From: an uncultured Clostridium sp.
GTDB taxonomy: Bacteria; Bacillota; Clostridia; Oscillospirales; CAG-272
NCBI GenBank assembly: GCA_964463245.1
Contig: CAYXBU010000001.1
Coordinates: forward strand, 36,554-100,553
DNA: 64,000 bases
Direction: 5' to 3'
Part shown: positions 17,981 to 26,600 of the stretch, piece by piece
Layout: each line of letters starts with the position of its first letter
Numbering within the stretch: position 1 is the first letter of the stretch
Translations under genes and position numbers: made by a program
Notes under the pieces: model-generated
What the model was told of the DNA's origin: nothing
The model's database searches: none
Seen by the model: the letters and a program-made list of their open reading frames with translations, nothing else

Positions 17981-19483
17981 ATGAGTGAGATCAATGTGAA
18001 CCTCTCGGAACAGGAGCAGGTGCGCCGCGCGAAGCTGCAGAAGCTGGTAGAGCAGGGAAATGACCCGTTCGAGAAGACGGTATTCGATGTTACCGCGCAT
18101 TCGGACGAGATCAAGGAGAAGTTTGATACTCTGGAGGGCAGTGAGGTCGCCATTGCAGGTCGTTTGATGACCAGACGGATCATGGGCAAGGCCTCTTTTA
18201 CCCATATCGCCGACCGAAACGGCGAGATCCAGGTGTATGTCCGCAAGGACGAGGTCGGTGAGGAGACCTACGCCGCCTTCAAGAGCGATTTTGACATCGG
18301 CGATATCGTGGGCGTGCGCGGAACCGTCTTCCGCACCAACAGCGGCGAGATCTCGGTGCGCGCCACGCACTTTGAGATGCTGGCCAAGGCACTCCGCCCG
18401 CTCCCCGAGAAGTTCAACGGTCTACGGGATGTGGACACCAAGTACCGCCATCGGGAGATCGACCTGATCATGAATGGGGATGTCCGCGAGACCTTCGTCA
18501 AGCGGAGCCGTATCATCAATGCCCTGCGGAACTACCTCAACAGCAAGGGCTTTCTGGAGGTGGACACGCCGATCCTGCAGACCGTGGAGATCGGTGCCTC
18601 GGCTCGCCCCTTCTTTACCCACCACAACACGCTGGACATCGACATGGTGCTCCGCATTGAGACCGAGCTGTTCTTGAAGCGGCTGATCGTCGGCGGCTTT
18701 GAGAAGGTCTACGAGGTGGGACGTATCTTCCGCAACGAGGGCATGGACACCAAGCATAACCCTGAATTCACCACCATCGAGCTGTATCAAGCCTATACCG
18801 ACTTCCGCGGCATGATGGATCTGGTGGAGGAGATGATGAAGACCGTCGTGACCGAAGTCTGCGGCTCCACCGTCATCACCTATCAGGGCAAGGAGATCGA
18901 CTTGGGTCACTGGGAACGCCTGACCATGATCGAGGCGGTCAAGAAGTACTCCGGCGTGGACTTTGGCGAGATCGCCACCGACGAGGAGGCCATCGCCATC
19001 GCCAAGGAGAAGCACGTCGAGCTGCCCGCCGTACCCACCAAGGGAGCCATCCTGGCGGAGTTCTTTGATGCTTTCGTGGAGGAGAACCTCATCCAGCCGA
19101 CTTTCATCTACGACTACCCCGTAGAGATCTCGCCGCTGGCCAAGCGCAAACCCTCCGACCCGACCCTTACCGAGCGGTTTGAGTATTTCATCAACGCGAC
19201 CGAGTATGGCAATGCCTTCTCGGAGCTGAACGACCCCATTGACCAGAAGGCGCGCTTTGAGCGGCAGATCGCCGAGCGCAAGAAGCTGGATCCGAACACC
19301 ACCGCGCAGGTGGATTACGACTACATTCTGGCGCTGGAGCACGGCCTGCCGCCCACAGGCGGTCTGGGCTTCGGGGTCGATCGCCTGGTCATGCTCCTGA
19401 CCGACTCTCCCTCCATTCGGGACGTGCTGCTGTTCCCGACCATGAAGCCGCTGGATCAGGCGAACTCCGCTGATCGTTCATAA
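17981..19483 (+). CDS. lysS: lysine--tRNA ligase (class II)
   Basis: 500 aa. The N-terminal anticodon-binding OB region and class II core (RIFRNEGMDTKHNPEFTTIELYQAY, GLGFGVDRLVMLLT) are unmistakable. Confidence 0.97.
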   Translation: MSEINVNLSEQEQVRRAKLQKLVEQGNDPFEKTVFDVTAHSDEIKEKFDTLEGSEVAIAGRLMTRRIMGKASFTHIADRNGEIQVYVRKDEVGEETYAAFKSDFDIGDIVGVRGTVFRTNSGEISVRATHFEMLAKALRPLPEKFNGLRDVDTKYRHREIDLIMNGDVRETFVKRSRIINALRNYLNSKGFLEVDTPILQTVEIGASARPFFTHHNTLDIDMVLRIETELFLKRLIVGGFEKVYEVGRIFRNEGMDTKHNPEFTTIELYQAYTDFRGMMDLVEEMMKTVVTEVCGSTVITYQGKEIDLGHWERLTMIEAVKKYSGVDFGEIATDEEAIAIAKEKHVELPAVPTKGAILAEFFDAFVEENLIQPTFIYDYPVEISPLAKRKPSDPTLTERFEYFINATEYGNAFSELNDPIDQKARFERQIAERKKLDPNTTAQVDYDYILALEHGLPPTGGLGFGVDRLVMLLTDSPSIRDVLLFPTMKPLDQANSADRS

Positions 19484-19492
19484 CCATCCCCC

Positions 19493-19536
19493 GCCGAAGC
19501 CCGCGCAAAATAATTTGCGCCGGCTTCGGCGTTTCT
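19493..19536 (+). terminator. intrinsic terminator of lysS
   Basis: 17-bp stem GCCGAAGCCCGCGCAAA / TTTGCGCCGGCTTCGGC (one mismatch), 4-nt loop, then GTTTCTG. Confidence 0.8.
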
Positions 19537-19802
19537 GTCACCTTTTGACTTTTTGGCTGTCTATACGGATGAACGGACTTGAACAGCCGATTGTAAAAGT
19601 GCTCTTTTTCTGAATACATTGTGGGGCAGGGGTCCCACATGGGCGGAGGATGACGAGAAAAACTGTCGGCAAACCATTTCTCGGCAGCAAAATATGTCAT
19701 AAAAGTCCTTGAAAGGGGTCTGGGGGAAACTTCCTTCAGGAAGGTTCCCCCAGATATGTGACTTTTACAATTGGCTAAAGGACTTGAAAGGAAGGAGCCG
19801 AT

Positions 19803-20348
19803 ATGAGAGACGACACGCAGGACACCCTGCGCCTGACCGAGCGATACCTCGCGCGGGACGAGAGCGTGGTGCAGGAGACAGCGCGGCTGTATGAGCCGCT
19901 GTGCATGAGCATCGCGCTGAACATCCTCTGCAACCGCGAGGACGCGGAGGAGTGTGTCAACGACACCTGGCTGAAGGTGTGGAACCACATCCCGCCCGAC
20001 CGCCCGCGTTCAATGGCGGCCTATCTGGGAAGGATCGTCCGCAACCTGGCCATCAACCGCTGGCACGCGGGGCGGGATCGGGCATTCCTGGTGGATCTGG
20101 ACGAGCTGCGGGATTGTCTTCCGCTTGCCGAGGAGGAGGCGGGACAGCTGCCCACCCTGCTGGACGAGTTCTTAGCGGGCTGTGACCCGCTGGATCGCCG
20201 TCTGTTCGTAGGGCGGTACTGGTACGCCTACTCGGTCAAGGATATGGCGGCGGCCAACGGCATGAAACGCAACACGGTCTCGCAACGCCTGACGCGGGTG
20301 CGAAAGCAGTTGAAGCAGTTTTTGGAGGAAAGGGGTTACAGAATATGA
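19803..20348 (+). CDS. RNA polymerase sigma-70 family (ECF-type) sigma factor
   Basis: 181 aa. Region 2 (DAEECVNDTWLKVWNHIPP...YLGRIVRNLAINRW) and region 4 HTH (YSVKDMAAANGMKRNTVSQRLTRVRKQLKQFL). AAGGAAGGAG RBS. Confidence 0.88.
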   Translation: MRDDTQDTLRLTERYLARDESVVQETARLYEPLCMSIALNILCNREDAEECVNDTWLKVWNHIPPDRPRSMAAYLGRIVRNLAINRWHAGRDRAFLVDLDELRDCLPLAEEEAGQLPTLLDEFLAGCDPLDRRLFVGRYWYAYSVKDMAAANGMKRNTVSQRLTRVRKQLKQFLEERGYRI

Positions 20349-21994
20349 AGGAGCGGAAGCGTATGGAGCGGGAGACTCTCCTCAAGCAGCTCGGGAGCAT
20401 TTCCGAGACATATGTACTGGAGGCGGCGGATATCGCCTCATCCGAGCGACCGGAGCGGCAGGAGCGGCGGGGGAGCTTTTGGTTCCGCCTGCGTACCAGC
20501 CCCCTCCCGGCGGTCTGCTTGGGCTTTGTCGTGGCACTGGTGGTCATCGCTGCCATCGTCCGTGCGAGTTGGACATCCCCCGAGACCCCTGTGGGCACCG
20601 AGGGCGGGCTACCCGGTGCCTCTCTGTCCGGAACGGATGTAATCTACACGCCCCCGGTGGATGCCCCCGAGGAGGACGCGGAGCTGATCGCACAGGGCTA
20701 CACGGCACAGATCGGTCGTATCGTTCGCCACACGGGCGGGTACTTCTTCGTGTGGCAGGACAGCTACGGTCGCTGGGACTTTACCGTCTTGACAAAGGGC
20801 TTCGGGCAGACCGATGCCATCCCGGATGACCTCAACAACGGCGACCTCGTGCGGGTGTATTATCAATATATCCAAAAGACCTATCCGTCATCCATGCCGG
20901 TCTACCGCGCCGAGCTGTTGCAGAGAGGTCAGCTTGATCTGGTGGACGGTGCGACACTGGGCAACATCATGGCTCTGAGCGGAGACATGGAAATGGGCGC
21001 GGGCTGGGCGATCTGCTTCGATAACATCCAGACCGGACGGCTGTACCGCATGGGAAATGAGTGGTTCTTGATCCGCGAGGACAAGGATGGAAACCAGACG
21101 GGTTACTGCTATCTTCGCAGTGCATCGTGGCTGGATCCGGGCTTGGCGGATGACTTCCAAACCGGCGACCGCGTGGAGGTGTCGGGCGGTTTCTTCTACT
21201 ATACCGACCCGCCTATCCTGCCTACCTACCGCGTGACCCTTCTGGAGCGCGGCGACGAGAGCGACATTGACCCCGATATCCTTCGGAAATTGACCGATTG
21301 GGGCGACCTGAAGCTCGAAGGCGGCACCCTCCCGCCCTTTGAGTCGGCGACCGAGCCGGAGACCGAACCGAAGAATGAGCCGGAGACCGAGCCCCTGCCG
21401 ACGGGGTATACCAAGACGGTCGGTCGTATCCTTCGCCGCACGAATGGTAGCTACTACCTCATTTCGGAGGATGGCGGAAGCGTGGTATGCATAGGAAGTG
21501 CTCTCAGTGGGGTAAATGTTATCCCGGATGATCTGCACAACGGCGATCTCGTGCGGGTGTACCACATGGGACTTTTTGAGAGTTATCCGGTACAGATGCC
21601 GGTCTATCGCCTGGACTTGATCCGGGAAGGAACTCTTACCGAGATCACGAATATCAAGTCGGTGCTGAATCGCATCATCACGGGGATCGAGTTCGATGTG
21701 GATGTGACCGGGCGGCTGTACCACGATGAGGCAAACGACCTCTGGTACCTGTTTTGGACGGACGATGAGGGGCACACGACAGGCCGTTTCGATCTCCTGT
21801 ATGACTACCTTGTCGGGGATGTCGACCTCGCCAATTTCCAGACCGGCGATCTCGTGACGGTGTCGGGGGATAACTATTTGGAGTCCGACCCGCCCATCCT
21901 GCCGGCCTTCTATATCACGCTCCGGGCACACGGAACCGAGGCCGACATCGACCCGGAGCATCTGGCGTGGCTGATAAATGATCCGACTGAGTGA
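20345..21994 (+). CDS. sigma-associated single-pass membrane protein (putative anti-sigma factor) with four DUF3221-like extracytoplasmic modules
   Basis: ATGA overlap with the sigma gene. Short cytoplasmic N-terminus (LLKQLGSISETYVLEAA), one TM (LPAVCLGFVVALVVIAAIV), then an internally duplicated ectodomain. Confidence 0.6.
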   Translation: MKERKRMERETLLKQLGSISETYVLEAADIASSERPERQERRGSFWFRLRTSPLPAVCLGFVVALVVIAAIVRASWTSPETPVGTEGGLPGASLSGTDVIYTPPVDAPEEDAELIAQGYTAQIGRIVRHTGGYFFVWQDSYGRWDFTVLTKGFGQTDAIPDDLNNGDLVRVYYQYIQKTYPSSMPVYRAELLQRGQLDLVDGATLGNIMALSGDMEMGAGWAICFDNIQTGRLYRMGNEWFLIREDKDGNQTGYCYLRSASWLDPGLADDFQTGDRVEVSGGFFYYTDPPILPTYRVTLLERGDESDIDPDILRKLTDWGDLKLEGGTLPPFESATEPETEPKNEPETEPLPTGYTKTVGRILRRTNGSYYLISEDGGSVVCIGSALSGVNVIPDDLHNGDLVRVYHMGLFESYPVQMPVYRLDLIREGTLTEITNIKSVLNRIITGIEFDVDVTGRLYHDEANDLWYLFWTDDEGHTTGRFDLLYDYLVGDVDLANFQTGDLVTVSGDNYLESDPPILPAFYITLRAHGTEADIDPEHLAWLINDPTE

Positions 21995-22016
21995 AGTCAT
22001 ACACGACCTATAGGTA

Positions 22017-22040
22017 TCCCCCTCCGACGGCGGAGGGGGA
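22017..22040 (+). terminator. intrinsic terminator
   Basis: TCCCCCTCCG, loop ACGG, CGGAGGGGGA: a perfect 10-bp stem followed by TATTCATGTATATT. Confidence 0.7.
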
Positions 22041-22254
22041 TATTCATGTATATTCACTCGTTTATTCATGCAGAATGACCATCGTAAGACGGCATATCCT
22101 GCATTGGACGCGCTTGACCCCCTCCCACAGCACCCCGAATGTGTCGAAATGCACCGTATTTACACGACCTTTTGGCGAAACGCACAAAAAAACAGCCTGC
22201 CAAGCCCGTTCGCATATTTATTCGCACAAATTCAAAAAAGTTGCGAAAAAGGGC

Positions 22255-22283
22255 TTGACAAATGCATATTTATGCGGTATAAT
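22255..22283 (+). promoter_or_regulatory. sigma-A type promoter of the amino-acid ABC operon, with an operator-like motif in the spacer
   Basis: TTGACA 22255-22260, 17 nt, TATAAT 22278-22283. The spacer contains GCATATTTATGCG (22264-22276). Confidence 0.75.
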
Positions 22284-22344
22284 AGCGCCATCACAGACGA
22301 GCACACGAACAAAAATATAACGGCTCATCAAGAAGGAGATCATC

Positions 22345-23265
22345 ATGAAAAAGTTTCTATCCATTCTGCTGGCGGCACTGATGCTGTGCGGTAGCGTATG
22401 CGCTCTGGCTTCCTGCGGCGATGCCGAGGAGGAGGGTCTGGACAAGGCCTACAACAAGTACCTGGAACAGTACAAGTTTGACGACAGCGACAAGCCTACC
22501 CTGACCGTGGCACTCTCCCCCGACTTTGCTCCCATGGAGTTCACCGACACCGCTAAGTCCGGTCAGGATCAGTACGTCGGCTTCGACCCCCTGCTGGCTC
22601 AGTATCTGGCCAAGGAGCTGGACATGAAGCTGGTGATCAAGCCTATGTCCTTTGATGCCTGCATGACCGCCGTTCAAACCGGCGCAGCTGACCTCGGTAT
22701 CTCCGGCTTCTCCTGGACGGCCGAGCGTGGTGAGAAGTTCCTGATCTCGGACTACTATGTGGCCGGCGAGAATGAGAACGGACAGGTCATCATCACCACC
22801 AAGGAGAATGAGGGCAAGTGGAAGACCAAGGCTGACTTCGCCGGCAAGAAGATCGGCGCACAGGGCGGCTCTCTGCAGGAGCTGCTGGTCAAGGAGAACT
22901 TCGGTGAGGATGCTCTCTCCCTGTACACCGACCTGACGGTCGCCGTGGAGGCTCTGATGACGGGTAAGATCGATGCACTGGCGGTTGCTGTCGGTAACGG
23001 CGATGCCTTTATCAGCAAGAACCCCGACAAGCTGGGTCAGACCGGCTTTGAGTTCGAGGTCGAGGATAAGTACAAGAACAACGTCATTCTGATCAACAAG
23101 AACGATCAGGAGCTGCTGGACAAGGTCAACGCGGCTCTGGCAAAGGCCATGGCGGCCGATGTCTACGACAGCTGGTACGAGGCCTGCCAGATCTACTCTC
23201 AGGTCAAGACGGCTGACGAGCTGGGCTACGACGATAACGGCAACAAGATCACGAACGCGGATTGA
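22345..23265 (+). CDS. polar amino acid ABC transporter substrate-binding lipoprotein (SBP_bac_3 type)
   Basis: 306 aa. MKKFLSILLAALMLCGSVCALASC-GD lipoprotein signal. Family-3 SBP features (LTVALSPDFAPMEF, DLGISGFSWTAERGEKFLISDYY). Confidence 0.85.
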   Translation: MKKFLSILLAALMLCGSVCALASCGDAEEEGLDKAYNKYLEQYKFDDSDKPTLTVALSPDFAPMEFTDTAKSGQDQYVGFDPLLAQYLAKELDMKLVIKPMSFDACMTAVQTGAADLGISGFSWTAERGEKFLISDYYVAGENENGQVIITTKENEGKWKTKADFAGKKIGAQGGSLQELLVKENFGEDALSLYTDLTVAVEALMTGKIDALAVAVGNGDAFISKNPDKLGQTGFEFEVEDKYKNNVILINKNDQELLDKVNAALAKAMAADVYDSWYEACQIYSQVKTADELGYDDNGNKITNAD

Positions 23266-23377
23266 TAGACCGCACGGGCTGTTGCAGATCGGGTCGGCGC
23301 CGCCGCAGGAACACCCTGCGGCGGGCGGCTCGGTCGCGGCGGCCCCTGTATCTGTATAAGAAGGGAAGGAACGGCAT

Positions 23378-24064
23378 ATGACGTTTGGTGAGCTTATCGT
23401 ATCCATGGGCGAGATATTTGCGAAGTACTGGAAGGTGTTCCTCTTGGAGGGACTGACCTGTACTCTTCTGCTCTCGCTCATTACCGTGTTTTTTGGGGCG
23501 ATCTTGGGTGCCCTGTTTGCTGTCGGCAAGATGTCACGCGTTAAGCCCTTGAGTTGGATCGTGACCGCCGTGATCGAGGTGGTGCGCGGAACGCCGTTGC
23601 TCCTGCAGCTGTATGTGGGCTACTTCCTCTTGCCCATGCTGTTCCCGTCGCTCCAACTGAGTGAATTTACCACCGTTGCGATCTCGCTGGTGCTCAACAG
23701 TGCCGCGTATGTCTCGGAGGTCATTCGTTCCGGTATCCAGGCCGTGGACAAGGGGCAGACCGAGGCGGCGCGCACGGTGGGGCTGACCTCCTTTACCACC
23801 ATGACCTCGGTGGTTCTGCCGCAGGCCATCAAGAATATCCTGCCGGCTCTGGGTAACGAGTTCGTGACGGTCATCAAGGAGACCTCGCTGGCCTCCACCT
23901 TCTTCGTGGGTGAGCTGATGACTTCCTACCAGATCGTGAAGGGCAATACCTTCCAGTCTCTGCCCACATTGATGATCGTGGGTATCATCTATTTTGTCAT
24001 TACCTTTGCCCTGTCCAAGGTCATCGGCTTATTTGAAAGGAGAATGAAGCATGAGCGTGCTTGA
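23378..24064 (+). CDS. polar amino acid ABC transporter permease (HisM/GlnP family)
   Basis: 228 aa. [41 protein letters not shown] and the EAA-loop region. Confidence 0.9.
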   Translation: MTFGELIVSMGEIFAKYWKVFLLEGLTCTLLLSLITVFFGAILGALFAVGKMSRVKPLSWIVTAVIEVVRGTPLLLQLYVGYFLLPMLFPSLQLSEFTTVAISLVLNSAAYVSEVIRSGIQAVDKGQTEAARTVGLTSFTTMTSVVLPQAIKNILPALGNEFVTVIKETSLASTFFVGELMTSYQIVKGNTFQSLPTLMIVGIIYFVITFALSKVIGLFERRMKHERA

Positions 24065-24989
24065 TACGCAGTCCGCCCCCCGCAAGATGCTGGAGGTACG
24101 CGGCTTATATAAGAGTTTCGGTGACCTGCAGGTCCTGCGCGGGGTATCCACTGACATCGGCGCGGGCGAGGTGGTGTCCATCATCGGTCCCTCCGGTTCG
24201 GGTAAGAGCACCATGCTGCGGTGCATGAACCTCTTGGAGACCCCCACCTTCGGCGAGGTATGGATGGAGGGTAAGCTCCTGACCCCCGTCGATCCCTACC
24301 TGCACCCTGAGGTCATCGAGACCTCCAAGACCTATCAGAAGCTGGTGGGGCAGGGCATGAGCGAGGAAGAGGCTGTCCTGAAGATCAAGAAGGAAGACTT
24401 GCTTCACGAGCATTTCAGTGCCGAGGGCAAGGAGTATCGTGCCCTCATGAAAAAGATCTACGCCGAGAATCACCTGGATATCAATCTTGCACGCCGCAAG
24501 ATGGGCATGGTGTTCCAGCAGTTCAACCTGTTCAACAACCTGACGGTCATGGGCAACATGATCCTGGCTCCGGTCAAGCTGAAGCTCAAGACCCGCGAGG
24601 AGGCGGTCGCGCAGGCGGAGGTGCTCCTGCAACGTATCGGTCTGCTGGACAAGAAGGATGTCTACCCCTCTACCCTGTCGGGCGGACAGAAACAGCGTAT
24701 CGCCATCGTCCGCGCCTTGATGATGGAGCCGGACGTGATGCTGTTTGACGAGCCGACCTCGGCACTCGACCCGGAGATGATCGGCGAGGTGCTGGACTTG
24801 ATGAAGGATCTGGCGAATACCGGCATGACCATGGTCATCGTCACCCACGAGATGGCCTTTGCGCGGGAGGTATCTGACCGCGTGCTGTTTATGGACGGTG
24901 CCAACATCCAGGAGGAAGGCGCACCCGAGCAGATATTCAAGAACCCGCAGAACCCGCGTCTGAAGGAATTCCTCAGCAAGGTTCTCTGA
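24051..24989 (+). CDS. polar amino acid ABC transporter ATP-binding protein with an internal insertion
   Basis: 312 aa. Walker [11 protein letters not shown]-loop [17 protein letters not shown], Walker [13 protein letters not shown]-loop VTHEM. An extra segment of roughly 60-70 aa sits between Walker A and the Q-loop. Confidence 0.9.
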   Translation: MSVLDTQSAPRKMLEVRGLYKSFGDLQVLRGVSTDIGAGEVVSIIGPSGSGKSTMLRCMNLLETPTFGEVWMEGKLLTPVDPYLHPEVIETSKTYQKLVGQGMSEEEAVLKIKKEDLLHEHFSAEGKEYRALMKKIYAENHLDINLARRKMGMVFQQFNLFNNLTVMGNMILAPVKLKLKTREEAVAQAEVLLQRIGLLDKKDVYPSTLSGGQKQRIAIVRALMMEPDVMLFDEPTSALDPEMIGEVLDLMKDLANTGMTMVIVTHEMAFAREVSDRVLFMDGANIQEEGAPEQIFKNPQNPRLKEFLSKVL

Positions 24990-24996
24990 TCCTGCC

Positions 24997-26445
24997 ATGA
25001 TCGAGCAAACAAAGCAGATCGCACTGGATGCGATCACCGCCGAGGCCGCGACCTTCTGCGACCTGTCGGATGAGATATGGGGCTATGCCGAGCTGTCCTT
25101 GAAGGAATTCCGCTCGGCGGGAGCCTACTGCCGCGTGCTGGCCGAGCTGGGCTTTGCCGTCGAGCAGGAGGTCTGCGGGATCAAGACCGCATTTTTGGGT
25201 CGGTACGGCAGCGGGAAGCCGGTGATCGGCATACTCGGCGAGTTTGATGCGCTGTCGGGGCTGTCGCAGGTCGGCGGTGCTACCGAGCACACCGAGCTGA
25301 CCCCCGGTGGGAACGGTCACGGTTGCGGGCATAATATGCTGGGCGCGGGCGCACTGGCGGCGGCGTACGGCATCAAGACTTATCTGGAAAAGACCGGCAA
25401 GAGCGGCACGGTCATCTTCTTCGGTACGCCCGGCGAGGAGGGCGGTGCAGGGAAGGCCTTCATGGCGAAAGCGGGACTGTGGTACGACATCGACTGCGCC
25501 CTGACCTGGCATCCCGACGACGCCAACGAGGTTGTGACCGGTACCTGCAACTCCTGCATCCAGACCCTCTACCGCTTCCACGGGGTCGCGGCACACGCCG
25601 CCGGTGACCCGGAGGACGGTCGCAGTGCGCTGGATGCCGTGGAGCTGATGAACACCGGGGTGCAGTACCTGCGGGAGCATATGAAGTCGGATGCTCGCAT
25701 CCATTACGCCATCATCGACGGCGGCGGTGCCTCCCCCAACGTCGTACAGGCCAACGCAAGTGTGCTGTACATGGTGCGCTCCCTGTCGGTCAAGGATGCC
25801 CTCGCCCTGCAAGCGCGGGTGGATCGGATCGCTGAGGGGGCGGCACTCATGACTGAGACCACCTGCGAGAAGGTCTTTATCGACGGTTGCTCCAACACGG
25901 TGCCGAACCACACACTGGAGAAGGTGATGTATGAGAATTATACCGCGTTGGGAGTGCCGCACTATACCAAGGAGGAACAGGCCTTCGCACGCGCCCTCAA
26001 GACCACCTACCCCGACCGCGGTCGTCTGCCGGGTCTGGCGGCCGCCTGTGACCCGAACGCCGCCGCTGTCGTGCGGGAGCTGAGCGATGGCGGGACACTG
26101 GCTCTGAATCAGTTCCTCTGCCCGCTCTACACGGGCTACGCCTTTGAGGCCGGCTCCACCGATGTGGGGGATGTCTCCTGGCAGACCCCGACGGCACAGC
26201 TGCATACCGTTTGCTTTCCCGCCGGTGCACCGGGACACTCCTGGCAGAATGTTTCCTGCGGCAGGACTTCCATCGGGCACAAGGGACTTCTCCACGCGGG
26301 ACGAGTGCTGGCGGCGACCGCCATCGACCTGTACGAGCACCCCGACCTGCTGGCCGCCGCACAGGCGGAATTTGAGCAGGTCGCGCAGGGGGGCTACGTC
26401 TGCCCCATCCCCGATGGGGAGACCGCTCGGGCGGTGGAGCTGTAA
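24997..26445 (+). CDS. M20 family amidohydrolase (AbgB / aminobenzoyl-glutamate utilisation protein B-like)
   Basis: 482 aa. LSDEIWGYAELSLKEFRSA, ILGEFDALSGLSQ, GHGCGHNMLGAGALAAA, GTPGEEGGAGKAFM. Starts 7 nt after the ATPase stop. Confidence 0.85.
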   Translation: MIEQTKQIALDAITAEAATFCDLSDEIWGYAELSLKEFRSAGAYCRVLAELGFAVEQEVCGIKTAFLGRYGSGKPVIGILGEFDALSGLSQVGGATEHTELTPGGNGHGCGHNMLGAGALAAAYGIKTYLEKTGKSGTVIFFGTPGEEGGAGKAFMAKAGLWYDIDCALTWHPDDANEVVTGTCNSCIQTLYRFHGVAAHAAGDPEDGRSALDAVELMNTGVQYLREHMKSDARIHYAIIDGGGASPNVVQANASVLYMVRSLSVKDALALQARVDRIAEGAALMTETTCEKVFIDGCSNTVPNHTLEKVMYENYTALGVPHYTKEEQAFARALKTTYPDRGRLPGLAAACDPNAAAVVRELSDGGTLALNQFLCPLYTGYAFEAGSTDVGDVSWQTPTAQLHTVCFPAGAPGHSWQNVSCGRTSIGHKGLLHAGRVLAATAIDLYEHPDLLAAAQAEFEQVAQGGYVCPIPDGETARAVEL

Positions 26446-26455
26446 AAATATCGTG

Positions 26456-26492
26456 TGGGACGCTCTCCCTATGGGCGTCCCATCGATCTTTT
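26456..26492 (+). terminator. intrinsic terminator after the M20 gene
   Basis: TGGGACGC ... GCGTCCCA stem followed by TCGATCTTTTA. Confidence 0.65.
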
Positions 26493-26535
26493 AGAGGCAC
26501 CTTGCGCGTATTTTTGCAAATATTTCCCATTCCTC

Positions 26536-26564
26536 TTGACCGAAGGGGATTTTTTTGGTATACT
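26536..26564 (+). promoter_or_regulatory. sigma-A type promoter of the RCC1-like gene
   Basis: TTGACC 26536-26541, 17 nt, TATACT 26559-26564, preceded by TGG (extended -10). AAAGGAGGA RBS before ATG 26601. Confidence 0.65.
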
Positions 26565-26600
26565 ATAGACAGCATATCACAGCGCAAAGGAGGAAGCCAT

